64,000 nt of DNA from a virus (taxonomy: Duplodnaviria > Caudoviricetes). Shown piece after piece: positions 47,700-58,053 of this stretch. Under the pieces are notes generated by a model. It saw only the letters and a program-made list of their open reading frames with translations. It was not told where the DNA came from and searched no databases. The first letter of the stretch is position 1. Every line of letters starts with the position of its first letter. The stretch is taken from positions 34,542 to 98,541 of IMG/VR virus record IMGVR_UViG_3300037455_001397, one strand, 5' to 3'. The position numbers and the translations under genes are program-made.

Positions 47700-49883
47700 A
47701 TGAGCAAAAAGAATAAATACAAACAGATCCAACAGGCGCAAAAGCCCCAACAAGCGCAAATAGACGCAGGAAAGAAACAACAACCAGATTCAATAGAGGC
47801 GTTGATTGATAAGGCATATCAGATAAATGAAGAAATACCTGTTGGAGAAAAAGAGGATATTCCTGCTGAATCTTTGCCTCAAACTGTTTCCGAACAGGAT
47901 CTACACGACGCGCTTCTTCTTGCTGAAGAAGCAAAGATTTCATTCCAAAAACTGGTAAAAAAGAATGAAGAAGAAAAAGCAATCATTGAAAGCTCAAAAA
48001 ACGATTTAAATGCGGAAAAGGAAAAATGGCGTGCCGAACGAGAAGAAATATCTGTTTTGAAAAAAGAAAAAGAACAGGGTTTCCGGCAGGATAGGGAACG
48101 AATTCTTGCTGATGCTGAAAAGTATAAAAAAGATGTTTCAGAACAGTTCAAACAGCTTAATGCCCAAAAACAGGAATTCGAAGAACAAAAGCAAAAACAA
48201 GACGAAGCAATGGAAGCATTCGAAAGAGATCGTCGCCTGTTTGAACAGAAGCTCCGTATGGCTGTCGCTGACAAGGAAGAAGAATTCCGACTTGAAAAGC
48301 TGACTTATGAAAAAATGCGTATTGCGATGGAGGGGCATGTAAAAAAATTGGCCGAAACGGAAAAGGCATTAATGGAAGCTGAAGATAAATTGCGACGTTC
48401 CGGACAGGAGGATATTGATACACTTGAATCAAGAATCTCTTCCCTTATTGAAGAGAACAATCAGTTGCGAGCAGCAATCAAAAAATGTCCATCGGCAGAT
48501 TTGGAACCCCAGGTAAACGAACTTCGCTCACAAAATCAGAGGTTCCAAGCTGAAATTGCGAAACTCAATCAGACTAATGCAATTTTGAAAGCGCAGAATG
48601 AAAGAATGCGTAACGATGCTTTATCTATTGAAAATCTGCGCGAAGAGAATGAATTACTGGAAGCGAAATGCCAAATTCATCAGCAAGCTGTAGCTGAGAT
48701 CAAAAAGGATTTGGAAAACTACTTAAACAGAGAACAGGGGGCACTTGTTTTTCCCAGTTGTAAGGAAATGGATGAAGATCCTGAATTGCAGCAGGAGCCG
48801 TATGTTTCAGATGAAACTATAGATTTGAAATCTTTCTGCAATGATCTTCGCAATTGCTTTGCAGGTGATTATGAGCGGTATTACACAATAGAGGATATCC
48901 GATGCTTTGTAGCCGGAATGGCAGCATCAAGATTAATTATCCTGCAAGGTCTAAGTGGCACAGGAAAAACAACGCTTCCAAGTGTTTTTTCTAAGGTTAT
49001 TGGGGCAGACTCAGAAAATATGTGTATTATCCCGATTCAGGCTGGATGGCGAGATCGCTCAGATCTAATTGGGCACTACAATTCCTTTGACAAGAAGTAT
49101 TATGAAACAAAGTTTCTCAAAGCACTTTATCGAGCACAAACTCCGCGTTTTTTCCAAAAGCCATATCTTATTGTTTTGGATGAAATGAACCTTTCTTATG
49201 CCGAACAATACTTTGCTGATTTTATTTCATTAATGGAACAGAATATTGATGAAGATAAAAAGGAATTAGAATTAATAACCCATGCCCCGAAAGCAGTTCA
49301 AGACGTTCTTCCTGAACAATTGATTAGCAAGGAAGGTATTTCAATTAGACTTCCAAAAAATGTTTGGTTTATTGGAACCGCCAATCATGACGAAACAACT
49401 ATGGATTTTGCGGAAAAGACGTATGACCGTGCCCATGTTATGGAATTGCCTAATACCGCTGTTCCATTCAAAAGTAAGAGTACAACATTGCTTAATGAGG
49501 TATCCTATATTGGCATCCAAAACGCATTTGAGAAAGCACAAAAAGATTATGCCACGGAAGCTGAATTAGCATTAAACAAACTTGAGCGACATTTCCGGAA
49601 GAGAATTAATGATAAATTCAGGATTAACTGGGGGAATCGATTGGTAAAACAAACGAAAGCTTTTCTTCCTGTTTTGCTGGCGTGTGGTGGAAGCGAAGCA
49701 GAAGCCATGGATCATATTTTTTGCACAAAGATAATAAGAAAGCTTAAGACGAAACATGATATCGCGGAGAAAGACCTGCTTGAACTTGGTGAATTTATTG
49801 ATATAAAACAGCCTTTCGGCGGGGAAATGAAAAAAACTCTTGCAGCTATTAACTTGCTAAAAAGCAATTCGATAACTGTATAA
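47700..49883 (+). CDS. Coiled-coil plus McrB-like AAA+ NTPase (CnuB-like)
   Basis: About 270-aa heptad region; GLSGTGKT, VLDEMNLS, GTANHDET and KTYDRA motifs. Confidence 0.85.
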   Translation: MSKKNKYKQIQQAQKPQQAQIDAGKKQQPDSIEALIDKAYQINEEIPVGEKEDIPAESLPQTVSEQDLHDALLLAEEAKISFQKLVKKNEEEKAIIESSKNDLNAEKEKWRAEREEISVLKKEKEQGFRQDRERILADAEKYKKDVSEQFKQLNAQKQEFEEQKQKQDEAMEAFERDRRLFEQKLRMAVADKEEEFRLEKLTYEKMRIAMEGHVKKLAETEKALMEAEDKLRRSGQEDIDTLESRISSLIEENNQLRAAIKKCPSADLEPQVNELRSQNQRFQAEIAKLNQTNAILKAQNERMRNDALSIENLREENELLEAKCQIHQQAVAEIKKDLENYLNREQGALVFPSCKEMDEDPELQQEPYVSDETIDLKSFCNDLRNCFAGDYERYYTIEDIRCFVAGMAASRLIILQGLSGTGKTTLPSVFSKVIGADSENMCIIPIQAGWRDRSDLIGHYNSFDKKYYETKFLKALYRAQTPRFFQKPYLIVLDEMNLSYAEQYFADFISLMEQNIDEDKKELELITHAPKAVQDVLPEQLISKEGISIRLPKNVWFIGTANHDETTMDFAEKTYDRAHVMELPNTAVPFKSKSTTLLNEVSYIGIQNAFEKAQKDYATEAELALNKLERHFRKRINDKFRINWGNRLVKQTKAFLPVLLACGGSEAEAMDHIFCTKIIRKLKTKHDIAEKDLLELGEFIDIKQPFGGEMKKTLAAINLLKSNSITV

Positions 49884-49897
49884 AAATGGTGGAATAA

Positions 49898-51829
49898 ATG
49901 CATGATAGAATATTAAATACATCTTTTTTTGAGAGAAACACTTTTTTCCCAGGGGCATATATCGCTGATGATGGAGATTTTTTGGTTGCCACAAAAACTG
50001 GAACCCTTTCTCTCAATGATAAAAACAGTATGTTTTCCGAGGAAAGGCTTAAACTAACAGAACAAAAAGCAATCGAAACAATAAGTGCCTCTGCGCGTGC
50101 TGCGGGGCGAGATTATTTTTCTGTTCCAACTTTTGATTCTGCCAACAGTGATAGTGCAAAGAGTGACGAGAACTTTATCCGAAAGGTTTCCTCTTTGATA
50201 CCATATTTGAAAAATATATTCCGTAGCCCCATTTCAAGACTGCATACAGAAGAAAATTCCTTGCCGTTAGGACGTGTGATTAAAATATCCTCCAAAGCAG
50301 ATATATATTTGGCCAATCATCCAGAAGACTGGCAGGCAAAAAGTATTTTTGGGCACATTATTCCGGAAAAAATACTTTCAGAAGAGAGATTTGAGAATTA
50401 CGATATTTATGAAAATCGTCTCGCATTGTTTTTGTTGGTGCAACTTATAAAAAAAGTAAAGAGAATTCGTGACACATTTTACAAGAGAATGATTCGAGAT
50501 GAGCAAATGGAGCTTTTTAGTAGTCAACTTCTCTCTGCCGGTTTTTATGCTGCACGACGAGTTTGTAAATTGTGGCAGGTGAATATTGATGGTCTTGATA
50601 GTTTAAAAACATCTGAAATGTACGACATTTCTTCTCAGCTTTTATCTGAACTTTCTAGGTTTCATGAATTTCGCTTATCGAGAAAGCTTCACCTTTCAGA
50701 AAGAAGAAATATTAAGCTAAAGGTCACTAATATTCTTTCCAGTGATGCCAACTATCGATACCTTGTCGATTTGTGGGGGCTTTGGAGAACACAAGATCCA
50801 GAATATTTCTGGACAGATGAACAATTCTTAAAAAACGAGAAAAAACTCCATAAAGACTTTTATAGCGTCAGTCTTTTGTATATAGGTCGCGCGTTATCAA
50901 ACTTGCAGTGGAGATTAAAAAAGAATGATAATTTAAACATAAAGCCTGAGGCGGTTTTATGTTTTCTTAAAAAAGTCTTGCTTAACGGCATCGACGTGAC
51001 GCTTAACCTGATGTTGCAAGTAAAGATTAACAGGGACTTTACTTTTACCCTGTCTCTTGGGAAAACAGAGATATTGCATATTGTCCCCATCTATTATGAT
51101 TTTTCAGAGGAGGAAATTGAGAGACTTCAATCTCTACAACCTGAACAGCAGACTTTGATTGTCTATCCCCATTTTCAGAAAGATTTGACTAGCATTGCTA
51201 ATCGATCACACAAAATTTCTTTTGTTGCACTTTCAGTAATGAATATTCTTTCTGTTGAATGCCTTGCGCGCGAAATTCGGTGGGCCATATACCAAACTTA
51301 TTTGAATCGTCCAAGAAAACTTGATGAAAAAGTTTTTAAGCCCATTTTCCCTCTCTTCTCATTTGATGAATATGGTTTCTTTTCCGATTTAAGTAGTTTG
51401 AGAATCTTCTATGAGAAGATTAAAACAAACGAGAATTTCAATGATTATTATAACGATATGCGACAAAACAAACAAAGGGGAAACCTGGCTGGAGCATTAA
51501 AAAATGCTCGCGATCAACATAAACTTGTAGATGCAATAAGTTCGCTATTAAATACATATTTGTTTCTCATGAGGTGCCCCGTTTGCGGTGAAATCAATAC
51601 AAGATCTGTTCGCGGTTGGCAACCGCTTCGAGCAAAATGCGACAATTGCAAGACGGAATGGGGCGAATATCAATGTGGAACATGTAAAAAGACATATCCT
51701 TACATTAAGCTCTCGTTTAAGTGGGACCCGGGAAAAACGAATTTCTTATCTGTTGCAGGCCGGGATATGCTTTGTGAGTATATCTGCGATGAAGCCGGTA
51801 TAGCCCGTCCAACATGTCCATTCTGTTAA
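49898..51829 (+). CDS. McrC-like (DUF2357-type) protein with C-terminal zinc ribbons (CnuC-like)
   Basis: YDIYENR and TNILSSDANYR motifs; CPVC, CDNC, CGTC and CPFC at the C-terminus. Confidence 0.75.
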   Translation: MHDRILNTSFFERNTFFPGAYIADDGDFLVATKTGTLSLNDKNSMFSEERLKLTEQKAIETISASARAAGRDYFSVPTFDSANSDSAKSDENFIRKVSSLIPYLKNIFRSPISRLHTEENSLPLGRVIKISSKADIYLANHPEDWQAKSIFGHIIPEKILSEERFENYDIYENRLALFLLVQLIKKVKRIRDTFYKRMIRDEQMELFSSQLLSAGFYAARRVCKLWQVNIDGLDSLKTSEMYDISSQLLSELSRFHEFRLSRKLHLSERRNIKLKVTNILSSDANYRYLVDLWGLWRTQDPEYFWTDEQFLKNEKKLHKDFYSVSLLYIGRALSNLQWRLKKNDNLNIKPEAVLCFLKKVLLNGIDVTLNLMLQVKINRDFTFTLSLGKTEILHIVPIYYDFSEEEIERLQSLQPEQQTLIVYPHFQKDLTSIANRSHKISFVALSVMNILSVECLAREIRWAIYQTYLNRPRKLDEKVFKPIFPLFSFDEYGFFSDLSSLRIFYEKIKTNENFNDYYNDMRQNKQRGNLAGALKNARDQHKLVDAISSLLNTYLFLMRCPVCGEINTRSVRGWQPLRAKCDNCKTEWGEYQCGTCKKTYPYIKLSFKWDPGKTNFLSVAGRDMLCEYICDEAGIARPTCPFC

Positions 51830-52767
51830 TGAAAAGCGCAAACAAACCCAAATATGGAGGTTGTGGCCAAGAAAAGAACTTTGGAGAAAGATCTGGATGT
51901 TTTCGATGATTCGCTCGTAAATCGATAAATAAAAACCACGTCCTCACTACGTTTATGCTCAAAAAACGCAGTTTTATTCTCCGTTTATGCTGATAAAGTT
52001 TGAGTGGACAATGTTTTGTATCGCAAAAAATAACGGAGAAAAATGAACGGTGGACGGTTTCTCCCCTCAAAAAGAGTCGCGCTGATTCGGTCCTGCCCGG
52101 TCGACCAATTTGATCATGTTTTCGCATTGTCGACCAAGCGACAATGCGTTTTTTTATTTCTCGCTAAACTCCTTGAAATCCGAGCTTAACGCACGATTAT
52201 TATCTTTCTCTTTTTCTCCATGGAGAATTCTAATTCGCGCTTTCTCGGAGCCTTCCCGGATCCGCCTTCGCGGGAATTCTACGTTTTTGAGTGGACGCGA
52301 CCACTAACAAATTTGAACTCAAACGGAGAATCCGCGCTGATTCTATGAGAACAACCATGTATCGAAAATACAGCGCGTTTCTAAAAGTTGCATTTCTGCC
52401 GGGCCCAACAATCCGCTTTAACCTCAAAAGTGAGAGTGGGAACACGTGCAGATTTGTATAAAAACGGCCACAAACGGTTTCGAAACGTGTTCCTAACCTC
52501 GGATTTTGAACATGGTGCGGATTTGGACAAAACACGAAAGGTGTCCTCTCGTTTTCTCCCGCTTTCGGCAAAATTCTTCGCTTAAAAACGGAGAATGGCT
52601 TTTTCGGGCATTTATGCGGCAAAAACGAGGTAGAAACAGAATCGGGAAATCTTTCTTCGGAGTTTCTTGGCATAAACAGGAAAACAGGAGAAAAAGTGGT
52701 AATGTACACAGGGGACAAGACAAGCTGCCTGATTGAACTCAGAAAAAGACAATGATAGCCGCGTCTT

Positions 52768-52799
52768 GGTCATCACTTCAAGTCCGATATGCTCCACCA
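52768..52799 (+). other. Putative attR: duplicated 3' end of tRNA-Ala
   Basis: GGTCATCacTTCAAGTCCGATATGCTCCACCA reads as T-loop, T-stem 3' side, acceptor 3' strand with the U70 alanine identity base, and ACCA. No 5' half is present. Confidence 0.75.
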
Positions 52800-53123
52800 T
52801 TTTGTTTTAAACGCCTGTGAAGTCCAACGATTTCGCAGGCTTTCTTGTTTCGGCACAAGAGACTCAATGTGCGGAGGTTGCGCGGGGTTTCTGCCGTCCC
52901 TTGCGTCGAGCACAGATAACCCGTGGAGCGCTGTTTCTGCGTTGGAAATCGGGGATATCCCGGCGGTTCTCTCCGTTTCTTAAGGCCGAGGTCCAGCGTT
53001 TTGTATCGCAAAATGCCTGGGCATATCGAAACAGAAAAAACCATCTCTTCCCGGTCCCACAAAACGTCGCGAGACACCCACGATTCATCTGTTTGACCTC
53101 AAAATACCCCAAAACATAAGGCC

Positions 53124-53146
53124 GTTGGAGTCCGATATGCCTACCA
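53124..53146 (+). other. Second, degenerate att copy
   Basis: GTTGGAGTCCGATATGCCTACCA. Confidence 0.55.
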
Positions 53147-53308
53147 CTTTTTTCCTGGAACCCCGGCCTTACGTTTTTTTCGTGGAGAAGCGGTTTGGAC
53201 GAAAGCAGAGAATTAACAGAGCACCGGAAAATGAGGCTTCCCCTGACGCTTTCCCGCGACAGTAGTCGATGCAGTCAATGATTCCTTTGCATTTCCGGCA
53301 TTTCCCGC

Positions 53309-53371
53309 TTGTTTTTTCGTCTGGGGCGTGGTATAATAAAGTTGTGATTCCTCAAACCATCCATCAGCAAC
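53309..53371 (+). promoter_or_regulatory. Repeated cassette promoter/leader, copy 1
   Basis: TTGTTT-17-TATAAT (extended -10) followed by AAAGTTGTGATTCCTCAAACCATCCATCAGCAAC. Confidence 0.8.
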
Positions 53372-53436
53372 AACGTGAAAGTAACCGATCTGCTACCGAA
53401 CCGGAATCAGCACACCAATTTCATAGGAGAAATAAC

Positions 53437-55761
53437 ATGAAACACCGAGTATTTCTGATCGCCGCCGCGCTTTGCGCCGCTGTCCTGGCTCTGAATATTG
53501 CAAGTTGCGGAGAAGACGACGCATCCCCGAACCAGGCGAATACCGTCAAGACGTCGGAACGTATGCCGCAGACTTATTTTGAGGGGGCGGAAATCCTGGA
53601 ACAGGAGATCGATAGCCTGTATCGGCTTCTGGCGCGTTCCGAACAAGGCGCGAACGATACCGACCTGTCGCATGAACACCTTTTGAGCATGGCGCTTACA
53701 AGCCGTGCCGTAGTGAAGGCGATGATCGGCGTACACGAACGCACGGGAGACGTCCCGAAGGAATCGCTTGAAAAAGTCCGCCGACGCCTCGCCGATCTCG
53801 ACGGCGCGATCGATCTCCTGAAAGACCGTATGGCAAAAGAAAAAGAAGCCGCCCGCGCCGCGCAGGATGCGAACGGAGCAAAGGCCACCTCCGCACAGGA
53901 GGAAGCCCCGGAAGTCATCCTCACCCTGGAAGGGACCTGCAGCGGTCAGGTCACGTTCGTTTTCTCCGGCGACACGATCCGGTACAAACCAAATGAAATG
54001 TACCCGGCTCCGACCGGCGTCACCGTCGACGGCAAGCCGTGGACGGATCCGGATCAGCCGTTCGAACTCGGTCTCACCCCGGATCTCGAGGATATCACCA
54101 ACAAGGGAAAAGTGGACGGATTCAAAGTTACATGGGGGATGATGGGCCGCCGGGATCGGGTCGAACTCACGCTTCGTGCCCCCGAGGTATCTAAGCGATA
54201 TCAGTGGAGACGCCTTATCGATCCCGACATGCTTGCCGACTGCACGTCGCGCTTTTCGGTGCGGGTGATCGTCAAAAACATCCATAACAGTTCCCGCCCG
54301 GTTTTTACTTTCATGGGGCAGTACCAGTCGCGATTGAGGATGGAGCGTGAAAGACGCGGCGAGCTGGAAATGGAGCTCAGGATCCTTGAGCAGGCCCCGG
54401 ACATCCCGGAGACTGCCCGGTCCCGGAAGGAGGCGATCGACCTGATACGTCGGGAGATTGATGATTGCGACCTTCAAATCGAGCGCCTAGAGGAACTTGC
54501 CCGAATAGAAGCCGCTCAGGACGCGCAGGGCGCGAACGGATCGGAGGACGACGGGATTTGGCAGGATGCGCTTGACTATCGCAGAAAGATGGAAACGGAA
54601 CTCCGGGCGATTGAACAGGACCCCGCGGCCGACCGGAAGCAGATCGACCGGATGCTTCAGAATCTTGATTTTTTCGACCAGATGCTCAAAGATGCGAAAA
54701 CTCAGCTCATGAACAGGACAATGTCCTTATCGCTGGGACCGGGGGTAATCAGACCCGGCTTGCAGATCAGTCAGATGCTCGAAGATGTGCAAACTCAGCT
54801 TGCGAACAGGACAATGCCCTTATCGTCGGGACCGGTAAACGTAAACAGCCCCGGCGTGCAGATCAGTCCGCGGCAGACGTCCACGAGACCGGGCGACGCG
54901 ACCCGGACGGCAGAAGCCGGCGGCGAGCGGAACAATCAGGACATCTACGCGGGTGTGCCGCTCTGGGATCCGAAGCGGGACGGACAGGCCGAACTCCGGA
55001 TCCGCGAACTCGTCGAAGATGCCGCAAAGCGTGCGGATGTCGATCTGCGTTCGTTCGACTCCGTCAGGGTGAGGGTGACTTCGATCGACGCGGAGCATTC
55101 CACCGCCGACATTGATTATATTGCCGTTGTCGACGAATACAGCAAACTCGTCCGCTTCATCGACGAGATCGAAAAGACCACGCCGCGTCTTTCCTGGCGC
55201 CGCGTCGAAATCCGTGTCGAGACTGCCGCCCGTACCGGCGCTCCTGCCGAAGGAAGACCGAAAGCCGATGCGCCCCCGGCGGACAATGTCAGGAAGTTCC
55301 GCCTGATGGGGCAGATCCGCGTCGTCGTGAAGAAAGATGCTTCGGACAAGAAGAAAGATCCGGTTTCCGCCGTCGGGAAGGAAAAAACGGCGACAGTGCC
55401 GGGTTCCTTCGGCGACCCGGACTTCCTCGCCAAGCTTCACGATCTGTCCCTCGCGCTCCCCGAGGATGTGCTTGTGACGAATTTCCGGTTCAACAACGGC
55501 AACTGCGACTTTACGATCCAGATGCAGGGACGTACCGATCCCGTCCAATACATGGTCTTTCCCTACTGGCAGATCGCGGGATTGGAGGCGAGGTATATTG
55601 TCGGCGATGTTTACTCGTACTTCATATCCCTTGTCAGGAAGGACGATCCTGCTCAGCCGCGAAAGAACAGCGCGACCGCGGGAAACGAGGTCGAGACCAT
55701 CGTGACGCGGAACATCTTCGACCCGGACCGTACTCACAAAAAAGACATCCGAAAGAGGTAA
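53437..55761 (+). CDS. Large mosaic lipoprotein; C-terminus probably frameshifted
   Basis: Lipobox NIASC, helical repeats, internal ~31-aa duplication, PilN/PilO-like segments; homologous tail continues in the +1 frame to 55993. Confidence 0.65.
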   Translation: MKHRVFLIAAALCAAVLALNIASCGEDDASPNQANTVKTSERMPQTYFEGAEILEQEIDSLYRLLARSEQGANDTDLSHEHLLSMALTSRAVVKAMIGVHERTGDVPKESLEKVRRRLADLDGAIDLLKDRMAKEKEAARAAQDANGAKATSAQEEAPEVILTLEGTCSGQVTFVFSGDTIRYKPNEMYPAPTGVTVDGKPWTDPDQPFELGLTPDLEDITNKGKVDGFKVTWGMMGRRDRVELTLRAPEVSKRYQWRRLIDPDMLADCTSRFSVRVIVKNIHNSSRPVFTFMGQYQSRLRMERERRGELEMELRILEQAPDIPETARSRKEAIDLIRREIDDCDLQIERLEELARIEAAQDAQGANGSEDDGIWQDALDYRRKMETELRAIEQDPAADRKQIDRMLQNLDFFDQMLKDAKTQLMNRTMSLSLGPGVIRPGLQISQMLEDVQTQLANRTMPLSSGPVNVNSPGVQISPRQTSTRPGDATRTAEAGGERNNQDIYAGVPLWDPKRDGQAELRIRELVEDAAKRADVDLRSFDSVRVRVTSIDAEHSTADIDYIAVVDEYSKLVRFIDEIEKTTPRLSWRRVEIRVETAARTGAPAEGRPKADAPPADNVRKFRLMGQIRVVVKKDASDKKKDPVSAVGKEKTATVPGSFGDPDFLAKLHDLSLALPEDVLVTNFRFNNGNCDFTIQMQGRTDPVQYMVFPYWQIAGLEARYIVGDVYSYFISLVRKDDPAQPRKNSATAGNEVETIVTRNIFDPDRTHKKDIRKR

Positions 55762-55940
55762 GCCCGCCGTCACGCTCCGCTCGGACGGCGCGCGCCCGGA
55801 CACTCCGGCAGATCCAGCGGCGGATTTGGAACGGTAGCTGGATGAAGCGCTGAAGTTTGAAATCCAGCTTCAGAATCTGAAGCATACGCCCGGTGCCACA
55901 AAAGAGCAGATCGATCTGGTTGAGCAGCGTCTGGAACGCA

Positions 55941-56198
55941 CCGAACAGAAGATTGAGGCGCTTCGGGAACAGCAGAAGAAGCTTCGCCGCTGATGTTGGC
56001 TTCCGAGGAAAAAAACGTCCGCTCAATCCAAGGAGAAATAATCCATCCACTCAACCGTAGCTCGTCCCCGCCGTCCTGTCACGGGCGGCAGGGAGCGGAG
56101 CCAACCGGGCTTGCCAGTTATCACGCCTCAACTCGGAACTCCTGCAACTGGTCGTTCCGAAGACTCATCCCGGCAGGCTCCGGGCAGGAAGTCGGCGG
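55941..56198 (+). repeat. About 260-bp direct repeat, copy 1
   Basis: Near-identical to 61246-61506. Confidence 0.9.
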
Positions 56199-56242
56199 TT
56201 GAGCCGGAAGGACGATTCACGGCATTTTCATCCATGTTGCCC

Positions 56243-56305
56243 TTGCTTTTTTTCATGGGGCGTGGTATAATAAAGTTGTGATTCCTCGAACCACCCATCA
56301 GCAAC
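56243..56305 (+). promoter_or_regulatory. Repeated cassette promoter/leader, copy 2
   Basis: TTGCTT-17-TATAAT plus the conserved leader. Confidence 0.8.
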
Positions 56306-56325
56306 AGCATGAAAGGGATGAAAGT

Positions 56326-57726
56326 ATGTCGTCACGAATCATCAGCAGAATGTTCGTTTCCCTCGCCGCCGTGATCCCGACGTTTCCGCTCGTTCTGCTG
56401 ATGCTCTTTGCGTCTTCGTGTTATTATTCCAGGTCCATGTCCGGCGAAGGCTACGAGGGTGGCCATGTTTATCTGGTGAAGGAATTAGGCGAAGCCTCTC
56501 CTTATTCCTCGTGCCCGGCAGAACAGGACCCCATGGAGTATCTGAAGAAAATTGACGACACATTTTATTTTTCGGAGGTGACAAGATCGCGGGAGTATTA
56601 TGAACGCTTGTTTGCGGATGGATATTACGTCGAAGATGTTTACAAGTTCAACCATGACAAGACCGAAAATATCCTCACTTTGTCCGAAGGACGCAAAAGT
56701 GTCCATTACGCTCTCTATCCGGGGACGCTCTTCCGGATCAAATATTTCTTCTGGGATTTCGAGAACGGGACAATAGTTTATGCTACGGTCCTGAACGGAT
56801 TCCTGGCCGGAAAAGAATTGTTAGTTGATTTCGGAAGAGGTCTCTGGAATCATATCGCGCGGTTTGAGTATCCCGCCGGAGGGACGTATCCGTGCTGGGA
56901 GGAATCCGGGCGATACAGATATGAAATGATGTTGGACCCGGATTTAGTGGAAGATCTGGGTGAGATTTCGGATGATGAACTGAAATCGAAAGGACTTTGG
57001 ATGGAACCGGGCTCAAATGAGGCAATGAGAGCAGTCATGAAACCGCTTCCGGAAGGAATTGATCTGAAACAGTTAGAGCAGGCCGCATTGAAAAACGATG
57101 TTGAGGCTCAGATCCGGTTGAGCAAAATGTATTACGAAGGAACCGGAGTCCATAAAAATGAAGAGAAAGCTATTGTCTTGCTTGAGGATGGCATCAGTCA
57201 AGGGAACCGTGATGCCGAATTCCGGCTGGCTCTCATGGATGCGGATAACTGGGGCAAGAGAGGCTGGCGTTTCGAAAGAGCGGAGGAAATCTTCCGGAAA
57301 TACGCAGACCAGGGAGATGTGAATGCGCAGTTCTGTCTTGGTTTATTGCTGGAATGCGGAAATGAAAGGGTGAAACACTCTCTTTCGCCAGACAAGGAAA
57401 TGCTTGAAAAGTGGAAAGAGTCGGTCGTCTGGTATCAAAAGGCAGCGGATCAGGGGGATGCGCGCGCGATGCGGTCGCTCGGCATGGCGTATTATGAAGG
57501 TGAACGCGTTGAACAGGATTTCAGAAAGGCTGCGGATTGGTTCCGGAAAGCGGCGGAGCTCGGCGATTTCGCCGCCCAGCGCAACTTGGGTTATCTGTAC
57601 CTCAAAGGAAAAGGCGTGGAGAAAGACATGACCGAATCGCGGAAGTGGCTGGAAAAGGCTGCCGCCCAAGGCGATTCCTATGCACAAGAACTTCTTGCCG
57701 ATTTTTTCCCGGATTCCGAAAAATAA
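56326..57726 (+). CDS. Sel1-repeat lipoprotein
   Basis: Lipobox FASSC; WYQKAADQGDARA and WFRKAAELGDFAAQRNLG repeats. Confidence 0.85.
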   Translation: MSSRIISRMFVSLAAVIPTFPLVLLMLFASSCYYSRSMSGEGYEGGHVYLVKELGEASPYSSCPAEQDPMEYLKKIDDTFYFSEVTRSREYYERLFADGYYVEDVYKFNHDKTENILTLSEGRKSVHYALYPGTLFRIKYFFWDFENGTIVYATVLNGFLAGKELLVDFGRGLWNHIARFEYPAGGTYPCWEESGRYRYEMMLDPDLVEDLGEISDDELKSKGLWMEPGSNEAMRAVMKPLPEGIDLKQLEQAALKNDVEAQIRLSKMYYEGTGVHKNEEKAIVLLEDGISQGNRDAEFRLALMDADNWGKRGWRFERAEEIFRKYADQGDVNAQFCLGLLLECGNERVKHSLSPDKEMLEKWKESVVWYQKAADQGDARAMRSLGMAYYEGERVEQDFRKAADWFRKAAELGDFAAQRNLGYLYLKGKGVEKDMTESRKWLEKAAAQGDSYAQELLADFFPDSEK

Positions 57727-57908
57727 GCATTCCAACCTCTGAAAACTTTTCCGTCTGCGCTTGCAATGTCGCCGAGAAGCGATTTGGACGAAAGCAGAGA
57801 TTTTATGTTGAGCGCCGAGAAGCAACCTCATCCTTCCGCCCCTGTCCGGCAGGCTCCGGGCAGGAAGTTGGCCGATGAGCATAAAAGACGATTCCCGGCA
57901 TTTCCCGC

Positions 57909-57971
57909 TTGTTTTTTCTCAAAAGATGTGGTATAATAAAGTTATGATTCCTCAAACCATCCATCAGCAAC
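57909..57971 (+). promoter_or_regulatory. Repeated cassette promoter/leader, copy 3
   Basis: TTGTTT-17-TATAAT plus the conserved leader. Confidence 0.8.
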
Positions 57972-58053
57972 ACCGTGAAAGGGCTGAAAGTATGTCGAAC
58001 ACGAAAATGAGACGAAACGTCTTCCTCGCGGTCGTCGAACCGAATGCGGAGCC

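Larger units (their letters stand above)
1..52799. mobile_element. Right part of an integrated prophage/island (tail module plus early-gene and defence cargo), probably ending at a tRNA-Ala-derived attR
   Basis: Phage tail genes at 1-10 kb, accessory and defence clusters, then a tRNA 3'-end duplicate at 52777-52799. Left end and integrase are not in the window; it could be several tandem elements. Confidence 0.6.

Noticed and set aside
51830-52760. Short ORFs between the McrC-like gene and the att site
   Set aside because: No RBS, motifs or consistent strand; probably non-coding or decayed.
52740-52799. Intact tRNA gene
   Set aside because: Only the 3' ~32 nt are present; there is no D arm, anticodon arm or 5' acceptor strand.
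55735-55746. Programmed -1 frameshift at AAAAAAG
   Set aside because: The homologous continuation is in the +1 frame and contains a stop, so mutation is the simpler explanation.
56049-56205. Integron attC site (ACTCAAC...GTTGAGC)
   Set aside because: The span is longer than typical attC sites, the boxes are not conserved at the other cassette ends, and there is no integron integrase in the window.
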